DNA of 64,000 nucleotides from Bacteroidales bacterium (GTDB lineage: Bacteria; Bacteroidota; Bacteroidia; Bacteroidales; VadinHA17), in assembly GCA_020201035.1 (NCBI GenBank), contig JAIVHO010000032.1, positions 47,763-111,762 on the forward strand, written 5' to 3'. Position numbers and translations under genes: made by a program. The notes beneath the pieces were generated by a model. That model did not search any database. It was not told where the DNA came from and worked only from the letters and a program-made list of their open reading frames with translations. This document shows, in pieces, positions 8,479 to 17,960 of this stretch. Numbering within the stretch: position 1 is the stretch's first letter; every line of letters begins with the position of its first letter.

Positions 8479-9084
8479 TTATTTCTTTTCTGCAGCGTAC
8501 TGTTCATTCAGCTTAACCAGCACCTGATCTGTAATATCCAGGCTGCTGTCGCCGTAAAGAACCTGACCACCAAAACTTTTTCCCAGTATATAGGTATAAT
8601 TATTTTCCTTTGCGTAACCATCCAGAAACTTATGAATATAATCCAGAACCTGCCTGTTCATAACCTGTTCTTCTTCCATCAGTTCATACTGTAGCTGGTC
8701 TCTCAGGTTAACCAGTTCCTGCTGCTGCTGAAGAAGAGCCTGTTCCATCTCTGCAGCGGTTGCCCTGGTTACCAGCCCCTTACGCACCTTGTCTTCATAA
8801 TCCCTGACTCCGCTTTCATACTGCCTTCCCTTTGTATTGAGTTCAGTCTCTGACTTCTGCTGCTTTGACGTCATCTCAGCCGTAAGATCGAAATAGAGTC
8901 CGAAATTAAGGATAAGAGAATCAACCTCAACAAAAGCAATTCCCTCAGGCAAAATACCTCTCTCTTCAATTATTGAGGCAATATTTTCACCATCACTCTT
9001 TTTATTACCCGTTAAATCTGAAATCAGCAGGTATGCTACTGCAAAAATCGAAACGATACTCAGGATCAATGGCAACTTCTTCAT
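8479..9084 (-). CDS. OmpH/Skp-family periplasmic chaperone-like protein
   Basis: A signal or anchor segment is followed by a long Q/E-rich coiled coil and the C-terminal ...YTYILG....VLYGD motif of OmpH. Confidence 0.7.
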   Translation of the reverse strand: MKKLPLILSIVSIFAVAYLLISDLTGNKKSDGENIASIIEERGILPEGIAFVEVDSLILNFGLYFDLTAEMTSKQQKSETELNTKGRQYESGVRDYEDKVRKGLVTRATAAEMEQALLQQQQELVNLRDQLQYELMEEEQVMNRQVLDYIHKFLDGYAKENNYTYILGKSFGGQVLYGDSSLDITDQVLVKLNEQYAAEKK

Positions 9085-9116
9085 CTTAAACTATTAATTG
9101 GTTAACAAAACGGTCA

Positions 9117-9124
9117 CAAATATA
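9117..9124 (-). promoter_or_regulatory. -7 promoter box (TATATTTG on minus strand) for the ompH-like/GT2 transcription unit
   Basis: Plus-strand CAAATATA lies 33 nt upstream of the 9084 start codon. Confidence 0.4.
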
Positions 9125-9227
9125 ATATTTTTAATCAACAATAAAACCAGCCCGACTCACATCAGGGAACAATAAAAAAACCCGGCAACACTACCGGAAT
9201 ATGTAATCAAGAGTAAACGGTGTGTAA

Positions 9228-10235
9228 TCAGAACTCGGGACAGGGCAGTGCCCTGAAGCGGCTACGGTCAGACCTGATGTTTGAAGTGATAAACTCGTAA
9301 ACAAGGGATATCTCATGTGCACCTCCTGTTGATGATATAAGGTTACTGATGGTAAAGTCGTAGCTATACCCTATATGCACATCCCCTGTTTTAATACCGA
9401 TAAGTGCAATTACAGCATCTCCTGCCTGACTTGTTACCAGCGGAATTCCCCTGTACCACACACCGAAAATAATGGGGTCACGGTAGTAGTAAAGTCCGAT
9501 ATTTGATTGCATTACCCTGTCCTGATAATTTATATTTCCGGCAATTGAAATGACCTCTGTATACTTGTTGCTTCTTAGTAACCGTCCTTTCCGGGCAATC
9601 TGGTATCCGCCAAAAACACTGACTTTCACCGGAACCTTTGTGTTCCACTCTCCGTAAAAAGAGACTCTGGGTGCGAGCAGGTGATCAAGTGTAAAGCCTC
9701 CCCATATACGGTCATTATAGGCCAGCAGGGATGTTGCAAAATCTACATCGGCAACGCTTTCGAATGGCGGTGGTGTAACCGAAGGGGTTGTACCTCCTGC
9801 AGTAATCATATGATTCCATATAAGCTTACCGTAGTTCAGACCCAGATAGGTAAACTTGAAATTGATGCCAGGCCTCAGGTGCCAGTCGCGGTTGAGCTGT
9901 ATATCGTATGAATAGAGGAGTCCGACCGAAGAGGTGCTGAGATCTCCGGAACCTGCCACATCGTATGTTGCAAGAACACCTATTCCGGAATTGAAGTTAG
10001 GCATGGCCCTGTCGTAGGCAAATGTATATGTATGGAAAACACCGGGAACGGCGGGCCACTGGTTGCGATAGTTTAAAGATAGTCTGTTCTCCTCAATGGC
10101 ACCCGTAAATGATGGAGCCAGATAGAGTGGATTGGCATAGAACTGTGAAAAATGAGGGTCCTGACCAGAGATCTTAACTAAAAAGTTAATGGTTACCAGG
10201 AAAACCGCTACAATATATTTAATACTTGTGTGCAA
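9228..10235 (-). CDS. PorP/SprF-family type IX secretion system membrane protein
   Basis: The DPHFSQFYANPLYLAPSFTG...LNYRNQWP signature follows a signal peptide, and the rest has beta-barrel character. The ORF begins with TTG. Confidence 0.85.
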   Translation of the reverse strand: MHTSIKYIVAVFLVTINFLVKISGQDPHFSQFYANPLYLAPSFTGAIEENRLSLNYRNQWPAVPGVFHTYTFAYDRAMPNFNSGIGVLATYDVAGSGDLSTSSVGLLYSYDIQLNRDWHLRPGINFKFTYLGLNYGKLIWNHMITAGGTTPSVTPPPFESVADVDFATSLLAYNDRIWGGFTLDHLLAPRVSFYGEWNTKVPVKVSVFGGYQIARKGRLLRSNKYTEVISIAGNINYQDRVMQSNIGLYYYRDPIIFGVWYRGIPLVTSQAGDAVIALIGIKTGDVHIGYSYDFTISNLISSTGGAHEISLVYEFITSNIRSDRSRFRALPCPEF

Positions 10236-10401
10236 GTCTGATCAGGTTTAGCCTACTTGGATACGAAAATAGTGATTTGTTTATAAAAATATACCAATAA
10301 TAATAAAAATTGCCCTAAAGTTACTAACACTGCCGCGTCCGGCAATGTCACAGCCTGATAATTCAGACAGCGTCTTTGCCTGACAGAGTTCTACTGTTAT
10401 A

Positions 10402-11727
10402 CTACTGTTGGGGTAAAATTGTTACATCACCGGCCTTAACAAATGGCTCACCATTCATAAATACTCCTCTTACCTTCCAGATATAGACTCCCGGCTCGGC
10501 TTTCTCTCCCCTGAGATAGCCATCCCAGCCTGTCTCAATATCATTGGTTTCAAAGACCAGAATTCCAAGCCTGCTGAATATGCGCAACTGGTAATCGGTA
10601 ACTCCTGACCATGCCGGATAAAAAACCTCTGAATTGTGGGAGGAGCGATTTGAATAATAACCACCGGTAGGGCCGCCGGCATTAGGAATAAACACGTTAG
10701 GAAATCTTATGTAGCAGCTGTTATCGTCAAATGCATTGGTCACGGTTACAGAGTCACTGCACCCGTACTGAGATCTTGCGGTGAGACTTATAGTGTAACT
10801 CCCGGGTCTGGTGTACCTGTGATCAGGCTCAAACAGGGTGGACGTTTCTCCGTCCCCGAAGCTCCAGTCCCAGGAGACTGCGTTTTCAGAGTAGTTGTAG
10901 AACCTCACAACTTCACCCTCATTTAATGACTGACCGGCATCTATCTCAAACCTGGCCACAGGCTTTCCGTGAACCGTAATAATTTCAGAAGATCCTGAGA
11001 CTCTTCCCTCATTCCCGAATACCAGGAGAGTAACCCGGTACTCTCCTTTCTCATCAAAGACCCAGACAGGATTTTGAGCTGTTGAGAATCCGCCGTCACC
11101 AAAATCCCATACACAACTGTCAAAATTGTGTGAGATATTTTCAAAGGAGACAGTAAGTGGCTCACATCCTGAAATATGACTTGAAACAAATCTGGAGAGT
11201 GGAGCCTGCACAGGAGCAACCTCTTTTAAGGCAAGAGAAGGTTCTTCTCCGGCTATACTCCCTGTAACCTCTGCCGGTGCTTCACTTCCGCTCTTCTTTG
11301 CCATTTGGAAAGAATCATTGGCTATGCCGGAAATAACAGATGATACATCCACTGTTACAACCTTTTCTGATGCCTTTAATGATCCTGATGATACTGATGA
11401 TACTGCTCTCCTTCTTTCAACAGGATCCTCCTGCGGAATGACAACAGCATCATACTGCTCAGATATATTCTGTTCTCCCGGAATGACACGGGGAGAAGAG
11501 GTCTCAGGTCTGCCTGAAAGAACAAGAGCGATTGCAACGGTTGCAACGGTTACAGCTGCAGCTACATACCAAATATTAAGCTTTGAGGGGATGAATCTCA
11601 TAAATTCCGAATAGTGCAGTTTCTTTTCCAGTCGGGCACGGAATGCATCTCCCGGATCAGTACTGTACTTACTGAACGTATCATTGAATAGTTCTTCAAC
11701 CGTCTCTATGTCTCTCCTCTTTTTCAA
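10402..11727 (-). CDS. Membrane-anchored protein with two PKD domains and a T9SS type-B (gliding-motility-associated) C-terminal sorting domain; positional anti-sigma candidate
   Basis: About 50 aa of cytoplasmic N-terminus, then one TM (IWYVAAAVTVATVAIALVL). PKD motifs WDFGDG and WSFGDG are present. The C-terminus (FPNVFIPN...YQLRIFSRLGILVFE...GWDG....GVYIWKV) is typical of type-B CTDs. TTG start. Confidence 0.75.
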   Translation of the reverse strand: MKKRRDIETVEELFNDTFSKYSTDPGDAFRARLEKKLHYSEFMRFIPSKLNIWYVAAAVTVATVAIALVLSGRPETSSPRVIPGEQNISEQYDAVVIPQEDPVERRRAVSSVSSGSLKASEKVVTVDVSSVISGIANDSFQMAKKSGSEAPAEVTGSIAGEEPSLALKEVAPVQAPLSRFVSSHISGCEPLTVSFENISHNFDSCVWDFGDGGFSTAQNPVWVFDEKGEYRVTLLVFGNEGRVSGSSEIITVHGKPVARFEIDAGQSLNEGEVVRFYNYSENAVSWDWSFGDGETSTLFEPDHRYTRPGSYTISLTARSQYGCSDSVTVTNAFDDNSCYIRFPNVFIPNAGGPTGGYYSNRSSHNSEVFYPAWSGVTDYQLRIFSRLGILVFETNDIETGWDGYLRGEKAEPGVYIWKVRGVFMNGEPFVKAGDVTILPQQ

Positions 11728-11787
11728 ATGAATCCTCTTCTTTTACTTCTTAACTATATGTTTGTTGTCATCATTTATCTCTCCGTT

Positions 11788-11916
11788 TTTCAGGCTCTCT
11801 GGACTATTGACCCGATCATCTGTTCGTTACCCCAATCTTCATCTCCAATTTCAGGCTCTCTGGACTATTGACCCGATCATCTGTCCGTTACACCAATCTG
11901 CCTCTCCAATTTAAGG
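11788..11916. repeat. 61-bp tandem direct repeat x2.1
   Basis: Copy 1 is 11788-11848 and copy 2 is 11849-11909, with 4 mismatches clustered in the 3' third. A partial third copy TTTAAGG follows. The array fills the sigma-to-PKD intergenic spacer. Confidence 0.9.
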
Positions 11917-11921
11917 TTCTT

Positions 11922-12458
11922 CTATAAATACTTTCCTCCCAGTCGCTTCTGCAGGTAGCTTCTTGCCCTTGAGTACTGTGACTTGGAGGTGTTTACATCA
12001 ATCTCCAGCATTGCTGCAATCTCCTTATGTTTGTACCCTTCAATGGCATACAGGTTAAAGACGGTTCTGTATCCCGTTGGCAACTCCTTCAGAACCTTTC
12101 CCAGTTCTTCTGCAGTAAAGCGTATCTCCCTGTTATCGCCGGATCCTGCTTCTGAAGAATAGACCTCATCAATATCCATATGGTGTTTATGCTTCAGGGT
12201 CTTATGATAATTGGTTATTGCAGTATTTATCACAATGCGCCTCATCCAGCCTGTAAAAGAACCCTCTCCCGAGTAATCACCTATATTCAGGTAGATTTTA
12301 AGGAGGCTGTCCTGCAAAATATCTTCAGCTTCAGGAATATCTGTAGCATACCTCACACAGACCCCCATCAGAATAGCTGCATACTTCTCATACAGGATTT
12401 TCTGAGCCCGTCTGTCATGTTTCAGACACCCGTTTATTATCTGCAGGTCTGTCATCAT
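11922..12458 (-). CDS. ECF-type RNA polymerase sigma-70 factor
   Basis: 178 aa. Region 2 (AEDILQDSLLKIY...F.GWMRRIVINTAI) and region 4 (GYRTVFNLYAIEGYKHKEIAAMLEI.VNTSKSQYSRAR) are present. Confidence 0.85.
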   Translation of the reverse strand: MMTDLQIINGCLKHDRRAQKILYEKYAAILMGVCVRYATDIPEAEDILQDSLLKIYLNIGDYSGEGSFTGWMRRIVINTAITNYHKTLKHKHHMDIDEVYSSEAGSGDNREIRFTAEELGKVLKELPTGYRTVFNLYAIEGYKHKEIAAMLEIDVNTSKSQYSRARSYLQKRLGGKYL

Positions 12459-12846
12459 AACACGGTCCGTAAAGGAGACATTAATGAATTAAAAATGGTT
12501 GCACTCCTTAGTATCATTTTGATAAATAATTTCTGACATTCCTTCCCGAGTTCCTGATTTCTCTCTGTCCGTTCTGTTACCTGTTGTGCTGTTATTTATA
12601 GTGCCGCACCCGGATACTATATTTTTTCTGCGGACAAAAACCGGCAGAGACTGCTTCATCTCTTTCGATTTTAAAAGTATCCATTTTTTTATCTATTTCC
12701 CAATACTATAACCGGCAGGGTAACGAGCAGAAAAATATTTTCATTATATGCGTTAAATCATTTTTTATCTTTAAGCATCATACTATTTTCGGAATGTTAA
12801 TTTTATACTTTCAGATTTAAGTTGAACAACTAATTCCAAAGCCACA

Positions 12847-13758
12847 ATGTTTAATAAAATGATTGCCGCAATCCTTCCCTACTTCCCAAAGAAGTTCGTT
12901 TGGATTTTCTCAAAGGCCTATATCTCAGGCGAAACAATGGAAGATGCCATCAGGGTATCCAAAGAACTGAACAATGATGGAATGATGGTTACACTGGATG
13001 TGCTTGGGGAGTTTATAACAAATCTTGATGAAGCCGAGGAAAACAAACAGGAGTACCTGGAGTTAATTGATGAAGCCGAAAAAAACAATATTGACGGTAA
13101 CTACTCTGTAAAGCCAACAAGTTTCGGACTCCTCATTGATGAGGAGGCATGCTATAAACATATCAGGGAGATTGTAGCTAAAGCCGCCTCTTACGGCAAT
13201 TTTATCAGGATTGACATGGAAGATTCACCATGTGTTGATATGGAGATAAAGCTCTACAGAAGGCTAAAGGCTGAGTTTCCGAAGAGCGTGGGACTGGTTC
13301 TCCAGTCTTATATGAGAAGGACTCTGGACGATATTAAGGCGATGCTTGATATGCACACCGATGATTCTCCGTTGAGCTATCGTCTCTGCAAGGGCATATA
13401 TGTTGAACCCGTCGAGATTGCCTTTAAAAAGTATGAGGAGATAAACCAGCACTTTCTGGAAGATCTCGAATTTATGTTCGCCAATAAGATTTATGTTGGC
13501 ATTGCTACCCATGACAAGCCTCTTATTGAGGGATCATATCAACTTATTGAAAAGTACAATGTTCCAAAGCATATGTATGAGTTCCAGATGCTGTACGGTG
13601 TTACTCCTGCACTCCGGAAATCAGTGGTTGATAAAGGACACAGGATGAGGATTTATGTTCCGTTCGGACTTAAATGGTTTGGATATTCAACCAGAAGGCT
13701 TAAGGAGAATCCCAAGATGGCAATGCATATTATCAAAGCAATATTCTATAAAGGATAA
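12847..13758 (+). CDS. Proline dehydrogenase (monofunctional PutB-like)
   Basis: 303 aa. DVLGE, RIDMEDS, LQSYMRR, YRLCKGIY, IATHD and the RRL.ENP C-terminal motif are typical of PRODH TIM barrels. Confidence 0.8.
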   Translation: MFNKMIAAILPYFPKKFVWIFSKAYISGETMEDAIRVSKELNNDGMMVTLDVLGEFITNLDEAEENKQEYLELIDEAEKNNIDGNYSVKPTSFGLLIDEEACYKHIREIVAKAASYGNFIRIDMEDSPCVDMEIKLYRRLKAEFPKSVGLVLQSYMRRTLDDIKAMLDMHTDDSPLSYRLCKGIYVEPVEIAFKKYEEINQHFLEDLEFMFANKIYVGIATHDKPLIEGSYQLIEKYNVPKHMYEFQMLYGVTPALRKSVVDKGHRMRIYVPFGLKWFGYSTRRLKENPKMAMHIIKAIFYKG

Positions 13759-13816
13759 TTCTTTACCAGGTAAAGGATTTGCAAAGGCAAACAGGATGAG
13801 CTGAGTTCATTTTTTT

Positions 13817-13854
13817 TGAAGAAGGCTTTCCCTGTATGCCTTCTTCATTTTTTC
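13817..13854 (+). terminator. Intrinsic terminator after proline dehydrogenase
   Basis: 10-bp perfect stem TGAAGAAGGC / GCCTTCTTCA, 11-nt loop, then TTTTTT. Confidence 0.7.
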
Positions 13855-13960
13855 CATTTCAGCTACTGATACACGTGGTACGGGTGGAGCTGGCTTCTCA
13901 GACAAGCCGTTGTTTCCTTTACGATCTCCTGAGCAGACCGTGCTGAAACCATATCAGTAT

Positions 13961-14542
13961 TTACAACTCTTTATAATTCAGGACTATATCCCCGAGGCTC
14001 CTCTTCGGTACATGATGAACACCCTGTTCATCTCTCCAGTACTTTATATTATCATCTTTTACACTTTCCAGAGTCACCCTTTCAACAGGCTTGCCCAGTG
14101 CCAGTACAAGGAGTATCTCATATCTTTCACTCAGACGTGTAAACTCCCTGATTTCCTCCTTTTTAAATGATGCTATCATGCAGCCTCCAAGTCCTCTCTC
14201 TGTGGCACCAAGCATTATTGTCTGCGCGGCAATACCCGGATCCACTCCAAACTGCTTTGTAATCATTGTATCGCCCACAATTATGATATATGCTGAAGGC
14301 CTCTCTCCCTCAGCCGGGCCATCCCACTGTGTCAGGTATCCGGCCCACATAACAGACGGGAAAATGGAATTGCAGTCCTCTGCACTATTGAACAAAAGGT
14401 ACTTCAGCGGCTGTCTGTTTGCAGCAGATGCCGTTAGTCGGGCCAGGTTCACCAGACGCTCAAGATCCTCTCTTATAACAGCTGTACCCTGTTCAAACCG
14501 CCTGTAGCTTCTTGTTTTCAATACCAGTTTTTCAAAATTCAT
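13961..14542 (-). CDS. Nitroreductase family protein
   Basis: 193 aa. RRSYRRF near the N-terminus, SA.N.QP and the overall nitroreductase fold pattern. Confidence 0.8.
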   Translation of the reverse strand: MNFEKLVLKTRSYRRFEQGTAVIREDLERLVNLARLTASAANRQPLKYLLFNSAEDCNSIFPSVMWAGYLTQWDGPAEGERPSAYIIIVGDTMITKQFGVDPGIAAQTIMLGATERGLGGCMIASFKKEEIREFTRLSERYEILLVLALGKPVERVTLESVKDDNIKYWRDEQGVHHVPKRSLGDIVLNYKEL

Positions 14543-14615
14543 TGCTCTCAGAATTAATATTTAAGCAAATATAGCGACCAGAATTGAAAAATAAATAGTC
14601 AGTCAAAGGTAATAT

Positions 14616-14800
14616 CAGAGCTGAGCGGGGTCTGTAATGATGGTAAACAGAACTGAACGGGTCAGTATTGAGAGGGAAACAGAGCTGAACTGAATCAGTA
14701 ATGATGATAAACAGAACTGAACTGGGTCAGTAATAAGCGGGATCAGTATTGATTATTACGAGAGCTGAACGGGGTAAAGATCAAGCGGGATCACTGTTGC
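14616..14800. repeat. Degenerate 32-bp tandem repeat array (about 5 units)
   Basis: Units start at 14616, 14648, 14680 and 14712 with consensus CAGARCTGAACNGGGTCAGTAATGATGRTAAA. Decayed copies continue to about 14800. The array sits in the divergent nitroreductase/MATE promoter region. Confidence 0.75.
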
Positions 14801-14959
14801 CTGGTTTTTATTACCATTACTGATACATCAGAACATCCGACTGAAGGCGGCCATATCTGTAAAGTGATTTCATTATATTCGCGGATAAAAATTAATGCGG
14901 ATAGAGAGTTTTAACCATAGATTGAATTGGCAGTAATTACAGGAGATATTACCAGGATA

Positions 14960-16276
14960 ATGAACAAAAGGATTCTGGATCTGGCTGTTCCCAATATTAT
15001 CAGTAATATTCTGGTACCCCTGCTGGGTATTGTGGATATGATCCTTATGGGACATATGGGGACAGACTCCTATGTTGGAGCTGTGGCACTGGGATCCCTG
15101 ATTTTTAACTTTATCTACTGGGGCTTTGGCTTTCTGAGGATGGGAACAACCGGTTTTACGGCTCAGGCGAGGGGCAGGCGTGACCTGCCCGAAACGATTC
15201 ATGTCCTTGGAAGGGCTCTTCTTATAAGTGTCTCAGCGGGCATAATTCTGATACTCACCAGAGGTCCTGTAGAGTGGCTGGCATTCACCCTTCTGGATGG
15301 AGAGGCTGATGTGGAAACACTGGCAGCCTCCTACTTCAGAATAAGGATATGGGCAGCGCCGGCAGCCCTCTCGCAGTTTGCGCTGATGGGATGGTTTATT
15401 GGAATGCAGAATGCACGAATACCCATGGTTATCTCCATTGTAGTAAATCTGGTAAATATTGGTTGCAACTACTTCCTTGTAGTGGTTGCCGGGTATGATT
15501 CTGACGGGGTGGCTGCAGGAACAGTGGTAGCACAGTACACGGGGCTGCTACTTTCTCTCTGGTTCTTCCGCCGTTATTTCAGCAGGCTGCTGAAATATGT
15601 AAACCGTGAAGCGCTTATCAGGCTTTCAAGCCTTAACCAGTTTATGTCGGTCAACAGGGATATATTTATCAGGACGATGTGCCTTGTACTGGTCTTCTCC
15701 TTTTTCACGGCACAATCGGCATCCGCTGACAGGATAGCGGGCGGTGACGAGACCACACTGGCGGTCAATTCGCTGCTGATGCAGTTTTTTATGTTCTTCT
15801 CTTATCTGATAGACGGATTTGCCTATGCCGCAGAAGCAATGACAGGAAGGTTTATAGGGGCAGGGAGCAGGCGTAATCTTATGAGGGCTATCAGGCTTCT
15901 TTTTATATGGGGTGCCGTCATAAGCATCGTTTTCACACTGATCTATCTTACAGCAGGAGAGTATATCTTCAGGCTGCTAACAAGCATTCCATCTGTTATT
16001 GAGAATGCACGGCCATACTTTATATGGATAATTCTTGTTCCGCTGATCTCCTTCACCGCCTTCCTGTGGGATGGTATATTTATAGGGGCAACAGCCGGAA
16101 AGGAGATGAGAAATTCAATGATCCTTGCCACAGCCCTTGTATTCTTCCCTGCCTGGCTGGTGCTGGAGCAACTGATGGGCAATCACGGATTATGGCTGGC
16201 GTTTATTCTCTATATGGCTGCAAGGGGTGTTACCATGACCCTGTTGGCCCGCACGGCTGTTTATAATAAGGTGTGA
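14960..16276 (+). CDS. MATE family efflux transporter (DinF-like)
   Basis: 12-TM protein. The N-terminus MNKRILDLAVPNIISNILVPLLGIVDMILMGH is the MATE signature. The start is taken at the internal Met because the 14927 extension lacks homology-like sequence. Confidence 0.85.
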   Translation: MNKRILDLAVPNIISNILVPLLGIVDMILMGHMGTDSYVGAVALGSLIFNFIYWGFGFLRMGTTGFTAQARGRRDLPETIHVLGRALLISVSAGIILILTRGPVEWLAFTLLDGEADVETLAASYFRIRIWAAPAALSQFALMGWFIGMQNARIPMVISIVVNLVNIGCNYFLVVVAGYDSDGVAAGTVVAQYTGLLLSLWFFRRYFSRLLKYVNREALIRLSSLNQFMSVNRDIFIRTMCLVLVFSFFTAQSASADRIAGGDETTLAVNSLLMQFFMFFSYLIDGFAYAAEAMTGRFIGAGSRRNLMRAIRLLFIWGAVISIVFTLIYLTAGEYIFRLLTSIPSVIENARPYFIWIILVPLISFTAFLWDGIFIGATAGKEMRNSMILATALVFFPAWLVLEQLMGNHGLWLAFILYMAARGVTMTLLARTAVYNKV

Positions 16277-16280
16277 GGGG

Positions 16281-17111
16281 TTACTCAACAAATATCTGAC
16301 CCCTGAGCTCTGGCAGCATATCGCATTTCCAACCCTCGTGCATCAATCTCAGCACGGCTCTTTTTCCCTCTTCGCCAAGGCCAAGGGTAAACTCATTTAC
16401 ATATAACCCTATATGTTTTGACATTACTTCACTCTCCATTGTCTGGGCGTATTTTCCGACAAACTGCTGAGATGAGGCGGGGTTATTCATTGCAAATGCC
16501 ACGCTTCTGGCAAGAATGCGGTCTATGCGCCTGGCTATATTCAGCGGGATATCCCGTCTGACAGCAATACCGCCCAGGGGTATTGCCTCACCCGTTTTCT
16601 CTTCCCAGTACTCACCCAGATCAGCTATCTTATGCAGTCCCCTGCTACCGTAGGTAAATCTGTTTTCATGTATCAGGAGGCCGGCATCAACCTCACCTGT
16701 AAGCACAGCGTCCTCAATATCAGAGAAGAGGTATTCAATCCTCTCCCCGGGTTCCGGGAGAGCAATGCCAAGCAGAAGAGCTGCTGTAGTATACTTTCCG
16801 GGAATTGCTATTTTCATCTTCCCCGCCTCACTGAATGGTATTTCTCTACTGCTCACCAGCAAAGGACCGTTGCCATGTCCGAGGGCACTCCCGGAGTTAA
16901 GAAGCAGATAATTTTCACGGATATATGCAAAGGCATGATAGCTGATCTTAGTAATATGGGGCTCAGCCCTGAAGGCTCTCCTGTTAAGTTCCTCAACATC
17001 TGCAGTGGTATAACTGAACCGGAGTCCTTCCGTATCTATTTTCCCGTTCACCATTGCATCAAAGATAAATGTATCATTTGGGCAGGGAGAAAATCCAAGC
17101 GTAAGATTCAT
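16281..17111 (-). CDS. mqnD: 1,4-dihydroxy-6-naphthoate synthase (futalosine pathway MqnD)
   Basis: MNLTLGFSPCPNDTFIFDAMV..KIDTEG is the characteristic MqnD N-terminus. 276 aa. Confidence 0.8.
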   Translation of the reverse strand: MNLTLGFSPCPNDTFIFDAMVNGKIDTEGLRFSYTTADVEELNRRAFRAEPHITKISYHAFAYIRENYLLLNSGSALGHGNGPLLVSSREIPFSEAGKMKIAIPGKYTTAALLLGIALPEPGERIEYLFSDIEDAVLTGEVDAGLLIHENRFTYGSRGLHKIADLGEYWEEKTGEAIPLGGIAVRRDIPLNIARRIDRILARSVAFAMNNPASSQQFVGKYAQTMESEVMSKHIGLYVNEFTLGLGEEGKRAVLRLMHEGWKCDMLPELRGQIFVE

Positions 17112-17764
17112 CTTCCGTTAACTTTAAGAATAAATTCCTCAACGGCAGTTAAGGCAGCTGCAAGAGCGCCCTTAATATCCCATTTCTCTCTCTCACGCAA
17201 ACCGGCCATATTTGATATTGCCCTGATTCCCAGTACAGGTACAGACTCTCTCCTGCAAACATAATAGAGAGCAGCACCTTCCATAGTCTCAATATCAGCC
17301 TGCAGATGTGACAGGAGCCATTTTGCACCCTCCTCAGATCCGGTAACCCTGTTGACTGTTACACCGTTAACCACAGGCCATGATCCGCGCGCCATCGCTA
17401 CCAGTGGACTATCAGCATAAATCCGGCCTCCTTTAAAGGGAAAGTCGTCAGTATTACCCAGACCGGCTTCAAAGAGCGTCTTGAGCGTTCCGTTGTCATC
17501 TATGCCGAGATCACCAAAAGTGTCACTTTCTGTCACAACTACGGATCCCACAGGCCATCTCTCTGAAAAGCTGCCTGCAATCCCGGTATTGATCAGCATA
17601 TCAGGCTTACCGAAGATAGCAAAATAGTTCATTGTGCTCCATGCTGATGCCACCCCGCCAATACCTGTTACCAGCAACGAAACACCCCTCCCCGGAAGGG
17701 CAAGTTGCCTGAAGAAGTCAGCTTCATTCTCTGTGGCCGTAGCTATAACGATGGTTTTGTTCAT
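17108..17764 (-). CDS. mqnB: Futalosine hydrolase (MqnB, PNP/UDP phosphorylase fold)
   Basis: MNKTIVIATATENE...LVTGIGGVA...METMEGAAL pattern. 4-nt overlap with mqnD. The ORF is open up to 17929, but the extra 55 aa look non-genic. Confidence 0.7.
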   Translation of the reverse strand: MNKTIVIATATENEADFFRQLALPGRGVSLLVTGIGGVASAWSTMNYFAIFGKPDMLINTGIAGSFSERWPVGSVVVTESDTFGDLGIDDNGTLKTLFEAGLGNTDDFPFKGGRIYADSPLVAMARGSWPVVNGVTVNRVTGSEEGAKWLLSHLQADIETMEGAALYYVCRRESVPVLGIRAISNMAGLREREKWDIKGALAAALTAVEEFILKVNGR

Positions 17765-17960
17765 GGTTCGCTGTTTTCCCGAATTGCCACCAGTGCTCAA
17801 TATTAGGCTGAGCTTACAAGACAGGTAGCCAATCGGATCCCTTCTGCTGACCTGAGGCAGGGCAAAAAAGGTTTCCGGATTAGTAAACAAAGTGATAAAG
17901 ATATTGTTTTTCCGGTAAAAAAGATCCAATTTTGATCTCTTACAACCAACATAGACAGGT

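Noticed and set aside
12489-12659. 56-codon minus-strand ORF (MKQSLPVFVRRKNIVSGC...) just upstream of the ECF sigma gene, below the ORF-track cutoff.
   Set aside because: The hydrophobic core is too weak for a lipoprotein signal despite the SGC, the composition is low-complexity and polar, and there is no promoter box. I cannot support it without conservation data.
17765-17929. 55-codon upstream extension of mqnB.
   Set aside because: The extension (MDLFYRKNNIFITLF...) looks non-genic. The homology-like sequence begins at MNKTIVIATATENE. The extension lies in the divergent promoter region shared with queD.
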